Positions 23,901 to 38,429 are shown, counted from the stretch's first letter. The stretch is DNA of 64,000 nt from Sphagnum compactum (GCA_965153455.1 OZ234494.1:10478001-10542000), one strand, 5' to 3'. Notes: generated from the letters alone by a model not told the origin. Numbers and translations are program-made.

Positions 23901-24738
23901 GAAATGGATTCACGGGAAGAGCAAGAGTGTCGAGAGGAGAGTCTCCAAGGGAAGAAGAAATGCTAGGAGCAAACCCTTGCACATGTAGAGGCAAATCTGA
24001 AGAAGAAGAAGAAGAAGAAGTACTATGAAGTGCTGTGTCAGAAGAAGCAGCAGCAATAAGAGAACCACCACGTATCCGAGACTGATGCTCATGAGAAGGA
24101 AAACCACCACCACCACCTCCCCCGTTCCTAACCTCGAAGCCAACACTTCTTGCGAAAGGCAGAGAGGATTTCCTGCGCGAGACGCGCTCCATGTGGTGGT
24201 GCGGATCCAACGGCGGCAAACCACTAGTGCCTACACTGTCCCTACTAGCACCACCACCACCAAGAGAGTGCGCGGGAGAGGAGCCATGGCGAGAAACTGT
24301 AGGGCTTTGCAACACAGAAACGGGGCTAACACGCTCTCCAGATCTCAGCGAAGAGGACACAGGAATACTCACCGCTCCAGTGCGAGTCTCTCCAGTCTCC
24401 CGTAACACACTCTGGTGGCCGGCTACATCAGTTCGCATGGTTCCAGAAGTACTACAAGAGTGGCCGGAGCATTCAAGCGCATCGCTATGTGACCAAGAAG
24501 AAGAAGAAGAAGAATGGTGTACAGCAGTAGCAACAGGTCTGGAATTAGCGTTGTTTGAAAACAGACTGGAAAGCCCTCCTTGAACTGATTTTGATGAGTG
24601 CGGATGTCGTGTATGCAAATCAACGTCCGTGGCCGTAGCTACTGTCTTCGTAGTACTAGTGCTTGTAGCATTTGGAGTGCTGCACCATGTTGCGGGTGGA
24701 GAACTCGAGTACATAGCCATGGATCCTGCTCCCAACAT
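20996..24738 (-). CDS. RSH: Plastid RelA/SpoT homologue ((p)ppGpp synthetase/hydrolase, RSH2/RSH3 type). Exons 24738(or 24720)-23623, 23204-23019, 22792-22332, 22182-22024, 21902-21542, 21382-20996.
   Basis: HD domain ([23 protein letters not shown]), synthetase motifs [33 protein letters not shown] and AAHWRYKE, and a C-terminal TGS-like region. Canonical, phase-consistent introns. Confidence 0.95.
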
Positions 24739-25942
24739 AAAGAAAAACGAACACAAACCCAATTCGCAAGATAGGTACTCACAAATTCCCAGTTGTTTTG
24801 CAAGTGCGCACCAGCACCCCTACGCCTTAACAAAACAAACAAAACAGCTTTCCCTAACCTCTACCTTATTTCACAGAGAGATCAACCCACCTAGCCACCC
24901 ACCCAAGTCTTGCAAAAACGGGAAAAAAAAAGGGAACCAAGATTCTCAAAAACTAAACTTGCGAGTAATAACTATGACCTAATAATCACTAGCTGTCGCT
25001 CTCACTCTTTGCTGCACTTTCTCTTCCCCGATCACATCATCCACCTGCAAAGTCGGCAAGTCGGCTCCACACTCATCTTCACATACCCAACTCCGCCGCT
25101 CTCCTCAAACGAAAAAAACAAAACCCAACCCAGTTAAAAAAGAAATCCACAGAGTGGAAACTGTGCATGAAATCCAGAGGTGGTGCAGTGGAGCCGACGA
25201 TTGCAAAGTGAATACGATTGCGCGTTTTTCCTTTCTTCCTTTTGTTTTCCTTCGCAGTTCCCTTCGAAATAAGATCGTTTTTTTCTTCTTTTTGTTTTGT
25301 TACGTAGTTTGGCGCGGGGGGGGAGTGGAGGTAGGCTACGTTGCTTGTTGCGCACTTGTCTTCCTTCCGTCGCTGCCTTGCCTTGCCTTGCCTTGCCTTG
25401 CAAGTTCCACGCCTCTAAGTAAGTACCAAACAGCCTTCCTGTCTTCGCTGTCTATGTATAGCCAAAAAGCCATATTGAAATTTTTTTAAATACTAAAATC
25501 AAGTTCTCTTTTTACATTTTCAATAGCCAAATTCTAACCAATTTTTTTCAAAAAAAATCGCCATATTTTTACACATTCTTTTTAAGTATGTAGCCAACCA
25601 TATAGAAGGATGTTTAAGGAATTCTTCTTTCATATTTTGGCTTGTAGTAGCCAAAAATATAGAAGGATGTTTTAAGGAATTCCTTTTTCATATTTGGCTT
25701 GTAGTAGCCAAATCCGGCTAAATCTTCGGTGGGTCATTGCCACTTTGGCTCATTAGACAAAATTGCCAAAAACAACACTGGTACCACCGAATGGACACAT
25801 ACGACACCTGCAGGGCAGGGCAGGGCAGGGCAGCAGGAGGCGGCTGGAACTCGGGCAGACCGTGTTTGTTTTTTTCGGGCTTTTGTCGTCGTCGTCGTTG
25901 GATCACCTCTCACGGTGGCAGTTGACACTGGCGTTGTCGTGT

Positions 25943-26172
25943 CACGTGTTTGACGACTGCCGTGGCACCCGGGGTCGTGCCAAGTTACCACCTGCACACA
26001 TAAACAGCGTGGGAAGAAGCCACAGCAGCGGGGCAGACTGACTACTTACGTGGTAGGTAAAGCACCCGGGCTGTGGGCTTTACCCGAATAAGGGCCCACG
26101 CAAGGAATAAGGGCCCACGCAAAGGAATAAGGGCTAGAATAAAGGCCCACACAAAGAATAAGGGCCCTCGCA
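25943..26172. promoter_or_regulatory. Candidate RSH upstream elements: G-box/ABRE-like sites plus a tandem GGGCCCAC array
   Basis: CACGTG at 25943 and TACGTGG at 26047. GAATAAGGGCCCACGCAA-type units are repeated 4-5 times over 26086-26172. Confidence 0.45.
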
Positions 26173-26850
26173 GTGAATTTTTTTTTTTGCAATCTTCTGA
26201 TTTTGCATCATTGGCTAGCCAAAGAAATCTACCAAACTAAAATCAGAATCCAAATATGGTGAAATTTTTTAAAGAAAATAAATATCCTGAAACTTTTCCC
26301 TTTTTTTTCCCCCAGAAAAAAATTAAGAAATTTTGATGGAATATTCCCTTTTTTTTTCTTTCACATTTTGGAAAAATTTCGCCAAAAAAAGAACATGGGA
26401 CCAATTTGACTTGACGAATAATGGTTTGAAATAAGGGCTATGGGTTTTACCTAAACAACTCTCTTTTTTTATATTTCCTGGCTTCTTTCTTGTTTAGTAG
26501 AAAAGAAATATTTCCATGGGAATATGGGAACATATAAAATTGAGGGGAGCTTCCTTGACATAACCCCTTAGGGTTCTTCTGCGGGGGGAGGTCCCTCAAA
26601 ATACATAGTTCCGAGTCACCTATTTTCTTACCTATCTACCTATAAATAGGACCTACTTTGTACAAATGGGTTACCAAGGTGAAACCAGAATATTAACTCA
26701 GGTTGATGTTCATCCACAACAGAGTCATAATGGACATCCATCCAGTGGAAGGTGAGCTGGTGGGTGCAGGTTCACTTTAGCCCATAACAAAACGTGGGGG
26801 TGGGGGAGGAGAGCTGAGTGGAGAAACTTTCCATTCGCACCATCATAGTC

Positions 26851-27064
26851 CCTTGGCAACTTTGACACATGTCGGTCGAATAATTATTTATTATTTTATT
26901 TATGTTCAAAATATATTGAATCTTGAATAATTATTAAAATTTCAAACTAATATTGAAAATTTGTGATCATTTTTCAATGTTTTCCATTTCAAGAATCTTT
27001 TTGATTATTTGAAAAATTGAAAAAACTTCTGAAAATAATATAATTAGTGTGGAAGCTGCCAAGG
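26851..27064. mobile_element. TA-flanked ~200-bp MITE, copy 1
   Basis: TIR CCTTGGCAACTTTGACAC / GTGTGGAAGCTGCCAAGG followed by TA. The interior is shared with the other three copies. Confidence 0.65.
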
Positions 27065-29551
27065 TAGAAGTATAATTTGTTGAATTGGTTCAATGTACGC
27101 AGCAGCGACTTGACCACTAGTAGTCCTCGTGGCAGTCTTTGCGACAACTGCGCACACATGCTGTGTCCCATGGGCACAGCTGGGAAAAGAAAGTTTTAAA
27201 AATTCGGAAAGAAAACCCCCCAACAAAATGGACGTTGTTGGTGTTGGTTTTTTTGCATGTTTTTCCCCTTTTCTTTTCTTTTCTTTTTTGTTTGGGGAAA
27301 GTAATTGAAAATCTATGGTAACTAACGTGTAAGGATATACTGTATGAAGAGATCTTGGGTTCACGTGAATTTTCGTGGGCGAATTTGTAGGCCCCTCCAC
27401 CTGCTTATGGAATAAGGTGATGAATTGACAAGTTTACAACAAGTAGCTACTTCATCATCTTCACCTAATGGCGGTGGCCTTTATGTCTTAGGTCTTCTTT
27501 GTTACCATTGATCATCATTTCGTAACTTTGGGTTATATTTGTATAGGTTTTTTCTTTCCTTATTTTTTTGTTGATTGTTGGCTTTTTGTTTTTTTTTCCT
27601 CCTTTGGGTTGTGTCTGCTGGTGCTCTCATTTGCCTTTTACTTTTGATGGATGGGTTCCATCCTTGATTTTTATATACAGGGTTTTTCTTCTTTATGACA
27701 AGCCCAAACTAGTATTAGGAGAACCCAGTTGTCTAGGTTAAAACTTAGAACAATCCTGTTAGCAAAAACCAAACAAAATCAAGACCGCTTTTTGAAACTG
27801 GGTTGGAACAGAATTCTATTTTACAGTTCTTCATTATAAGAGCCAAAACCACTCTAGTTTACTTTTTAGAATTACAATAGTTTTTTTTAATAATCACATT
27901 CATTTTAGTCATTCTTGTTTGTGTCCCACATTTTTAAAAAATAATCATCCATTTTGATAAGAAACACCATTTTTTCCTCACTATCACGCTTGTTAATAAC
28001 ACAAAACATTTGCAAAGCTTTTTTAATAAATGTAATTATAATGAGAAAAATCTAAAACAAATATTAAAATTTTATACATTGTAGTTTCCTTTGATAATGT
28101 TAGTGTTATTTTGTGTTCAAATTATGCAAACTCACAACAATAAATCCAATTGAAGAGAAAAGAAAGAAATAACAACTGTCTATTGCAAACAAACAAAAGA
28201 TATATAAGCTTGCTAAAATAAATATATATATAATTAAAAATAAATACTTGACAAAACACACAAAAAGTTCAAATTCAATCTAGATTATCACATTAATACA
28301 AGCAAAAATCACAACCTTCTTCAAGTCTAATATTGCATAGTAAAGCTTAGAATAACCCATGTAAAAAAATTAACAATTGACTAGCATTGTACAACGAATA
28401 AAAAGTGACCACCTATCATCAACAACATGCCTAAAACACTTGCAAAGTTGATATCGGTTCTTTGAGTAGCTCCAACAATGGCATTGTACATTGGAAATCT
28501 GGATGAAGCTCGGCCAAAATATGGTGCTTTTTGTGGCCAGTATTTGGGTTTGGCTTGTAAAATGGTCACATTTTTTCAAGTTGAAAGACTCATGAAACAT
28601 CAAAAGAATTGTTGTTCATTCATCAGTTGTAGTGATTGGCCATACATAGTTGTTACATTTAAGCATTGTCTGACCTTATATCATCACGTTTTTCACAAGT
28701 GTGGGCGGGGATGGAAAAACAAGTAATGCAATTTCTTCTTTCAATGTGATAAAATGATGACCGTCACTTGAGCTGCTTTAAGGCCAGATTATTTTGATTC
28801 GGCTTCTGATTCTATTTTTTAGAAAATTAAAATCGAAAGTCTAGAGACCTGATAACCAGCTTGAGAATCAAAAATCAAAATTGATCAAAGAAAAGAACCA
28901 AACAACACTATTTCAAACCACTATTATTGGTAGGTCCAGGGTATTGGGCAAGTCCAGGTTAGGGTTTGAGGTATCAAGGCCTGAGGTTCAAGTTTGATGA
29001 CAACATGATGTTCACTAGGCATGGTTATTATGTGTTCTTAGGGTTCATAACAACTCTGGCTATCAAAACAAATTGAAGATATCAATGGTCTGATGTATGA
29101 ACCGTGCTTTTGATGAAAAAATAAAAGTAAATGAAATTTCACCTTTGTAACAACCTGTTTTTTCATGGTTTTCTTTACGTGTTTTGGAATAATGGAAATT
29201 GACGATTCTTTTATTCTAATTATTTGCAAAAAGCCGGAACAACAGGTGATTCCCCAATTACAAAACATAATAATAATAATAATAATTTTGGTTATTAATA
29301 AAATCAAATACTTACCCAACATTGGTTCAAAGTTCAGACCACCAGTGGCAACAAATAAATAGAAAATATTCAATGAAATTCCAAAGAAATGAACCCACAA
29401 CTCAGAGTCACACTCTGGTGAACATTTGTCAAAGTGGGACCAAATGAAAACTACTTAAATATTACCTTCCATAGTCCCCCACAAGAGTTAAACAATATAA
29501 CATTTTTTTTAGGGTTTTTGGATTTGGGACATACATACTGTATAGGTAGTG

Positions 29552-29747
29552 CCTTGACAGCTTCGACACTAATTAAATTATTTGTAAGAATGTTGAAAAT
29601 TTTCCCCAAAAAAATTTTTTTTCAAAAATTTTTTTGTGAAGGAAAATAAAATAATCTATAAAAAATTCTAGAATTTTTTTTCAACAAAAAATGGAATATT
29701 CAAATTTAATTAATTAGTCAACAAACATGTGTATGAAGCTGCCTGTG
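29552..29747. mobile_element. Same MITE family, copy 2 (opposite orientation to copy 1)
   Basis: CCTTGACAGCTTCGACACTAATTA ... AACATGTGTATGAAGCTGCCTGTG, then TA. Confidence 0.55.
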
Positions 29748-32700
29748 TATATACACTACCATGTTTGTTTACAAATTTGTTGTTGACTTTTTGTTTTGGT
29801 TGACTGTGATGCCTCTTCTGACCTTTGGTAGATTATATAAAGAGTGTATTTTCTTTTATATATTTATTTATTTATTTATTTCTTACATCATTCCTTCCTT
29901 TGTTTTTCTGCTATCTTTCTTGTAGCAAAACGCACAAGGACGGGGAGGCATGGGATGCATGACTTTCTTTCCACCCCAAACAAATAGGTGCATTTCTTTC
30001 AGCTGCCTATAATTTCCATCATCCATGTTGTTCTGTCAGAAGATTGTCCTATGAACATTTTGGTGGATGTATATTCTGGTTAAATGGATGAATGTCACAT
30101 GTTCCCCAAAGTTCTCAATGCTTTCCCCGACATTTTTCCAATAGCACCTCACTTTGTCCCATATGCTTTGCCCAAAGTTGTCCTCTTGGAACCTATATAA
30201 TGTGAGCCAATACTGGTACTTCAATGTTTCTATGTTTGGAGTGAATACTTTTCTATATGGGGGAGGCTCCCAAAGATTCAGAATTTTTTTTTTGGTAATG
30301 GAACAATCAAGGAAGGTCATGGCCAAAAAAAAATGGAAATTCTGAACTTGGAAGGCACTCCCCAACTAATTGATAATGAATCTCTCTATACTCTATGGCA
30401 CTCTAAAATGGAAATTGTGAATAATTTTGAATAAGGCCCCCCACACTCACAACCATTTGGACTTTTTTGGATTGTTCATGTTCCTATACCTAGGCCTCAA
30501 ATTATTCAACAATTGCATATGTTGAATTAATTTCCAACTCCTTTTCTCTCTTTTGACATGGCAATTGTTTCAACGAGCTTTCAAGCTAGAAGAGTGTGGA
30601 AGTTTTGACTTGGGGTTATTGTTGCAATGTGCATGCAACCAAAACAATTCGGTTGCTTTAACTAGAGAGGATATGGTCTCCCCTATTATTGTCCATTTAG
30701 ATTTTATGAAAAATCAATGTTTTAGGTTCGAGTGCTTCTCTGGGGGTTATGCTTAGCTACTTTCTTCTCATTCAAGCATCAGGTACAATTTGAAGTTCAC
30801 AGTTTGCATCATGTTCTAGTGGGGTGGATGGATCTTGGGCTTCACACTAGTTTTGAATAGGAATGGTTCTATTACTGCCCCAATGGGATTTTAGTGTATA
30901 ATGCATTCAAAGGATGGCACTCATTTCTACACCAGACCCTTCTGGTGTACTATGAAAATGTTGGACCTTTGGCTTTCATTAAGATTAGATATTTCATTAC
31001 ATTTTATGTTCATCCCACTTATGTCAAAGATAACTTCTGCATGTGGGATGTTCACCTCCTTTTTTTTTTAAAAGTAAGCTAAAACTCAAATGTAAACCAT
31101 AAGTTTATAACAACTTGTAAGTCTACAATAACTTGTGTTATCTTATGTGTGATCCTAAGGTTGAGCCAAGAGTGCATTGCAAGGGCATTGCAAATTTGTG
31201 TTTCACTCATCTTTATTCTCTCATTGTTCCACTGTCAATTTCCAAGAAAAAGCACGCCCAACTAAACCCACCCAACAATGACGTGTCTCACGTGGGTAAA
31301 AGAACTCTTAGAGTGACATTCCCCCGATTGAGGCGATAAAGATTTCAAGCTTAAAATCTTAGATCATTGCATCTTTGCCTTTGCAATACAAAGAAGTTTT
31401 GTAAAACCTTAGTTAGTGCATCCACCAAGTTTTTAATCACTCAAAATGAACAAAAACTGAAACCAACTATCATTCATCCTCTTCTTACGTTTGCATTTTC
31501 TGTGTTGCTCTTTTATTTCTGATGCTGAAAGGACATTTGTAACCTTCCAATTTGCACATCCAATGACACCAAAATCACTCGATTTGCTTTAAGGAACGAG
31601 GAAAATATTGAAAAGTGTTCAATGATAAATAAATGTTCGGTGATGGGAGGTTTTACCCTATGTCAATTAAGAGGAGACATTAAAATGACAATTGAAAAAG
31701 GCCGGAAATAAGTGAATGTAGCTTACAACTTGTATGGTGCCATGTCAGGTATTTATTGCTAAATATTTGAATTTTATTTTATTTAGTCTTTTTTGTTCTT
31801 TGAACCCAGTTTTATGTGAATAAGGTTTTAATCTTTCCATGTGAATGTTTTACGTGTGCAACTTTTTTAATTTTGACACTGATTGTCAATTTTGTAATAC
31901 ATGACAAACAGCCTCCAAACAAAGATCTTTTGTCTCATAAGGTGCTTAGTGCTAACCTCGCTAAACTCTTTTCTCTTAAGCCTCACATCACCCCCAAATG
32001 TGAAAGGTCCATGCATTTGGGTCATGTTTGGTTGGCTGATTAAAAGTATTTCCATTTAATCAAAACTTAGCCTGGAGATGGCCCGCCTAAGGTATGAAGT
32101 TCCCAAACTCCAACGACACGGTATTAACCGCCACTCACCTCTTAACAAGTAAGCATATACCACAAGGTGAACATGACAAGAAGTTTTGCTCTTGCAAGAT
32201 TATGAATCATTCATTCCACCCATAGGGAATGCTTCTTGACTCCTTGGGAATTGGGGAATCTTGGAGAAGTTCCCCCATTAGCCCAAAGTCCCCAATTAGC
32301 CCACGTGTATGAGAACAACCAGATGGGATAAGAGCTAAGTTAAAGGATTGCTTTTTAAATGGGTAGTTTACAAGTACCACATGTAGCCATTTTCACGCAT
32401 AAACATCCAAATTTAGGTGGTGGAGTATGTCATGCTGGAGTTGCTATCCCTTACACATGCCACTACCCCAACTTGTGCTTATCCATCCACACAAGACCCA
32501 GTTTGAAACAGCATGCAATGCTTGTAAGTAATGCCTGGTTGGTTTTCAAAGATTGATTTCTTCCTTTCATTGATATAACTAACTACCAAACAGCAAGATC
32601 CAAAATCTTGACAACACCATTTCTCCAAAGTCCAATAGAGTGTGCCCCATTTGCCAATTTCAGGCTCCAGAGTGAACCAGTAGGCACCAAAAGCACATAC

Positions 32701-33565
32701 TGAGGGATGGATGAGAAATGGACAGTGGGTTTAAGACAGGAAACAATTTTCCATTGAATTCCAGTTCCCTAGATAACCACAGTGGTTAGCTTTACTACTA
32801 ACAACTCTTCAGCCCTTCCTTAGGTACTAGCCATCTTCATGCATCTACTTACCTGGTAGCCACCTAATTTCTTACATACCTGACTTTTTCCTTAAACATA
32901 CCTGACCTGGCATCACCTATTGCACATTTAACCGGTAATTCGCTGAAGACAACTAAGACAACAATTCAGACCACCAAATCCAGCATTTTCATTGGCCTTA
33001 ACATTTTTTCTGCACACCTACACACAAGCCTATTCAACACCCACTGTATATTAGTACACTAATACATAACCTTGTCTGTATCAGACAGGTTTAACAAACT
33101 AACTAACTTCCTTAATAGAGAGATGCCATCAATGAACATCTAATAACAAGTGGTTATGACTTTGAAGAATGCTACACTGTACAAAAAGATGATGCACTTC
33201 TTGAAACACTGACTCTGGCATCAGTCAAACTGAAACACCCAACATCACAGAGTTGAGCTCAGATTTAGATAGTGCCCAACAGGAGCATTACTATCACCGC
33301 CTTAATGGTACTTTCCTTCCATCCACAGGCTCACAATCAATTTGATTTCTCAACTTCCATTTAGAATTCTCTGCCATTTCAGATATTAACCTTGAGCCTC
33401 TTGAATAGGCAATCACAGCTCATGTATCTCCAAACCTGTAGTCTGAAGATCAGGGGATTTTTGGAAGGTCAAGGCATCTGTATCTACCCCACAATTGACC
33501 CACTAAAGCCATCTGAAATGTCTCCCATGAAAAACAATGGAAGCTAAGGATGTAGGTCATTGTAG

Positions 33566-36500
33566 CTAATTATCAGCTACTTTTAGCAGTTCAATGTCAA
33601 ATAGAAGAGTTTTGTCAATCAAGCCTTGGTTGCGCAACACAAAGTCAAGAGCACGCTGTCCCTGATCCATCACAAAGAACCAATCATCAATCACATTTCA
33701 TCTACATAGATCAAAAGCAAGCACTTATACATGACTTTGTGATGTTTCCAACAGGAAAACAGTCACTTGCAGCCCTGGCAGAAAGCAATATATATGAGAT
33801 TGCAGAGAAAATCCACAAATACCACTTCAAAGTGAACCACTGTGTCAGTTCCACCCAAACCAAACAAACATCACAAAAATGAGGGTCGTAATCTTGAGTG
33901 TCACACAGTACCAGACCATCCCCTTCATCATGAATGGCAGTGACTAGCTGCCATTTCTCCTGACCAACCACCAGCTCCTCACAACAAGTGTCCATTACTA
34001 TATGATACTCTGCAAACAATCATACAAAAATCCACACCAGGGAGTTTCCGCAGCATTTCTGGATGGAACAGCATTACTGTGTCATGATGTTAGCTACCAT
34101 TCTTAAGAGACAGAACAGGCAGAAAGTAAGCCCATCAAATCAAAGGCCTGATTGTGGGGGGCCTACCAGGAGCATTTTGCCCCTCACCTCACCAAGGAAA
34201 AGAAAGTGTCAATTCTCATGTTTGAATCTTGCCCCTGGTCATGAGTCAAATCCAGAAGCTTTAAAGTCCTGATGGTAGGGGGGATGGCAGGAGTATACTG
34301 TGTTCTCATCCCACTAAACCCAAGAAAAAAGAAAACCTTCACTTGTACAGCAACAGTCTGACTACTTGTGCTACTGACTGAACCTATGGTATTCTTGCTC
34401 CAGTTTGAAGATCCACAGCATTGGAGTTCCAGTGCAAGAATTTTGCAATATGTAGAAAATAGACAACAAGAAAATACTGTCCAAGAGTACTAGGGCTGCC
34501 ATCAAGTCTTTTTGTTGGTTACAGATATACCTACCGAGAATGTAGTTGGTTGTGGACCCTTGCGGTTATAGTCATTATCAGGGTAACCAAGATCAGGAGG
34601 AACAATTATCCTGAATCAAAGTCACCAGCAAGCCCAAGTTGATTAAGTCTGTTCATCTTCCTCTCTTCTAACAAGTGACCACATATATCCTAGTTGATGT
34701 TACCATTTTATTCCCTGAACTAAGGGTTAAAGCTTGTGTTTTCAATACCAACAGAAGGCTGCAAAGTCATGAAGAGAAGGCATCAGCAAGTAAAAGATTG
34801 TCTTTGAAATTACCTGCGGATACCTCCAACTTGCATTGTTGCAACAGCCTCCTCAAAGGCAGGAATAACCTTCATCAGGTACAATGCAATCAGAGCATTC
34901 TAGCAGCAGGATTTATTCAATTTCAATATTCCACTCTCAGATGCAGCACAGCCACTCAAATTAAGCATCTCCAATCATGCAAGGAAGTATTTCTGAAGGG
35001 ATCAAACATTCTGTTGAAAAGAGATGGCTATTGTTTGTTGGCCTGCCTTTCAATTGCAATATCTTTAGTCTCAAACTTTCCCATGTGTTCTTCTAATCAA
35101 AGGACTGCTACAATTCTGAAGATGTACAAACAAATACCTCTTGACTTCCCAGCTTGAATCTGAAGTAACCCTTTTGATCACCCTGCACAACTTGGATAAT
35201 GATTGTCAGGTTGTAGAACACATCAACAAGGAATGAGAGAAAATTAAGAGTGAGGCTTTAGATGAGCACAATTTGAACCTTACGACCCTAGGCAGACCTG
35301 GCATTTTAGCTAACACCAAAGTGATTAAGCTTTTAGCTGCTAACAAGTGGTACCTCAAAGGAACCACCTTTTGCCTTGTTGCGGGCTTCAAAGATGCGGC
35401 CATAGTAGCCAATTGTGTAGCCATCCCAGTCTACCTGAACATCACAAACAGCAAGAAATTTAATGTTGTTCCACATGTTTTGATCAAGCCCCCTGGTATA
35501 CTTGACATGAATAAGAGATTGCACACATAAGACTGTGCTTGCCCTAGCCTTGTGGCCACAGACCCCTTAGGGGGAAAGAGGTAGAGCAATATTAAAACCA
35601 CTCTGGTTCCTCCAAGATATCAGATATCCTTTTTGCCCTTCTCGACAGATTTGACTGAACCAGAGCCCAACATGTCAATCTTACCACCACTGTACTGCCA
35701 ATCTTTGGAGCTGGCCCAGCACCTGGTCTAAGATCCTGCAAGAAAATGTAGCTGTCATTAACTTGGAGACAAGAGGAGCCAAACTGCCTGTCAAACATAC
35801 CACAAGCTATTTGCAAGTCCTCCAAGTCCATTGTTAAACACCGTATTGGCAAATTTGATTCCTGTATGTGAAAGGTTCACAACCATGGCAAAAGAGAATA
35901 ACTTGACTCACTCATTTCTACAATTGACCAGCTTGATGACCTTCTAAAAGCTTGCAAAGATGGGAACAAATCTGTAATTCAACTGAAGGTGATTAAAATC
36001 TGTGAATCCCCAATGCCATGACATCCATTCTGGTGTTAAGAGTTGCAGCTACTACATCTCTCAGCCACTCACCTTGTATTGCAGACCAGAATCTGTTTGC
36101 ACATAGTCAGTATATTGCATCTTAGTTTTCCCGTAGTCCTTCCCTCTCAAAGCAGGCACTGGGTCATGCAACCACACTTCATTTAGTGGGCAACGAATGA
36201 TATGTACACCATTCTCAAAAAATAACAAGGTTTAAGCCAAGAGGCTGGATGACTGGATTGTTCTGGTCACACCAAAGTCTTTAAAGGCCCATGTACTACA
36301 CAAATCAGACAGACAAGACAGGCAGAGAGGGATGAACTCTTCAGACATTGGTTACTGTAACCTTGTGGCCAGAAATCCAACCCAGTTCATTTGGCCCACA
36401 AGCCATTTCAAGGAGGAGTTGTGTCAAGTAGGGAATGTGACAAATGGAGTCAATACCTTCATGGACATCTCATTCCAGTCATTAAGCCGCTACAAAACTG

Positions 36501-37894
36501 TTCACACTTTCTAGATTTTTTCAAAGGAAACAGTCAAGCATAATTTAACCATAAACCATACTCCAGCAAAGTGAAATATTTAGGGTTCACCCTCACAGGT
36601 CAGATTAAAAAACTGCTCTGAGACTGTCCTTCCCTCTAGGCATCTTTGTAGTCTTGAAAATGTGGACATCTCACCCTTAAGTCTAGATTTTGGACTAATG
36701 CAAAGGCCAGGGAGGCCTATCACATTGTCGATCAATCTCCATATCACTCATGTCTTCACAAAATACATGTGACATAGTTTCAAGCCTAACCTTGTGTACC
36801 AACATGCTTAGGGTTTTTCCTCATCACCTTGGACAATTCAGTTGCAAATAATTCTTTTTTTTTTTCAGAACCGTTGTCCATGCTACATGTTCAGATACTG
36901 TAAGAACTTTAAGACATTGTGTGCCTGTTATCTTCTGCCACAACTTGGTTGTTAAAGAGTTCCCATTGCTATGGACCAAGCAACAATTTCAGGATATCTG
37001 CAGTTGGAGAGAGAGAGAGAGAGAGATTGGAAAAGAGAGACATACTGTCAGCAAATCCTGATGCCAGGGCCCTTTCACTGGCAAAGGCATTGGACAAGAG
37101 GTATGCACAGATGCTTGCCATGGGTACAGAGACCAGTTTCCTTCGTGATACTGAAACTCCACAACTTCCATCTGCAATACAATCTCCCCAAGAAAAATTT
37201 GCAACCCTCACATCAGAGACATATGAGACTCAGCTGTCTGTCATGTAGACTCAACAAAATTGGGAATGCCGTCATTGCCCTGATCCATCATCCATCATGG
37301 TCCAAAACTGAAGAAGCAAGTAAAAATTCAAAGCACCAAAATGATATGTCTGTGAGGAATCGAAATTGCAGACATTCATTTGAACCATCATCGGTCATCA
37401 AGAACCATCTCATACATACCTGAAGAAGGACGGGACAGTTTATCGCCTTCTTGCACAGTTCCCGCTGCGAATACTCTTACCCTGGAGGAGTGATGATTCC
37501 ACACCTACCGCAATCACAAATCCAATCAACAAAACTATCACAAAGTCATAAATACATACATACATACATAGCAGACAATCTAAACCCTCCCCGAATGTGT
37601 TGCGACAGTTGTTGGAGGACAACAAGCTTGCGGCAAAAACCGTTGAGGGAAGCAAACCGAAAAAACAAAACCAAAACCAAAACCAAAAGAATCTAACAGC
37701 ACCTAACACATTCCAGAAAAGGCAGGAAATCTCTCTCAATTACTTACCTGACGCTTCAATTTAAGCGAGGAATGTCCAGTAGCTACAGAAGGCACACCCG
37801 CCGAGGAACAAGAAGAAGCAGAGAGGCAAGAGTGGGAACTGAGTGATGCTGGAGAAGAAGCAGCCAAGGTACCACCACCAGCTGCTGCTGCCAT
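33566..37894 (-). CDS. FKBP19: Thylakoid-lumen peptidyl-prolyl isomerase FKBP19. Confident exons 37171-37046, 36158-36073, 35735-35685, 35434-35354, 35182-35138, 34869-34814, 34610-34535, 33661-33566. Transit-peptide exons between 37894 and ~37419 are partly uncertain.
   Basis: FADMPALRGKDYGKTKM..SGLQYKDLR, VVVDWDGYTIGYYGRIFEARNK.KGGSFEG, VIPAFEEAV and GQRALDFVLRNQGLIDKTLLFDIELLK. Twin-Arg SRRKL and ALA lumen-targeting signal. Confidence 0.93.
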
Positions 37895-38242
37895 AGCTAA
37901 AAAGCTCAAAAGAAGCTCAATTGGGGTTTTGGAGCAGCACAAAAGCACAATTCACAAGCGAAGCACTAATGTAGCAGCAGCAGCAAGAGAAGACTATTGA
38001 AGAAGAACAAGAAGAAGAGACAGAATCACAAACACACCATTGTTATGCCCAGATCCCCTGACAGCCTACTGGCTAGGACTCATCACTATCTGGCAAGAGG
38101 TTGTGGGTTGAAATCACCACTAAGTCCACCTTTGGTGTATGTCACTCGCCACCTATGTGTGAGACCACGCTATCCAAAGTGTTGAGAACTTTGGGAACTT
38201 TCGCAAGATTCAGGTTTTGAGAATCTGAGCTGCTTGGCAATA

Positions 38243-38429
38243 TTCACAGTGTGAGAACCTGAGCTGCTGCTGCTGATGCTTGTGGTAATTCACACCATGA
38301 GAACAACAATTAGCACCATTCACGCTATGAGAATTTGATCTACCTTGCAGGTATGTTTACTCTTTGTTTATTTACACTATCAGAGAACAACACTTTGCAA
38401 TGTTCACACTATGAGAACCCTGAGCTGCT
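38243..38429. repeat. Five degenerate TTCACACTATGAGAAC motifs upstream of FKBP19
   Basis: Copies near 38243, 38289, 38319, 38371 and 38403; some are followed by CTGAGCTGCT. Confidence 0.65.

Noticed and set aside
28290-28790. Possible transposase fragment
   Set aside because: Looks like decayed coding DNA, but no diagnostic motif could be read.
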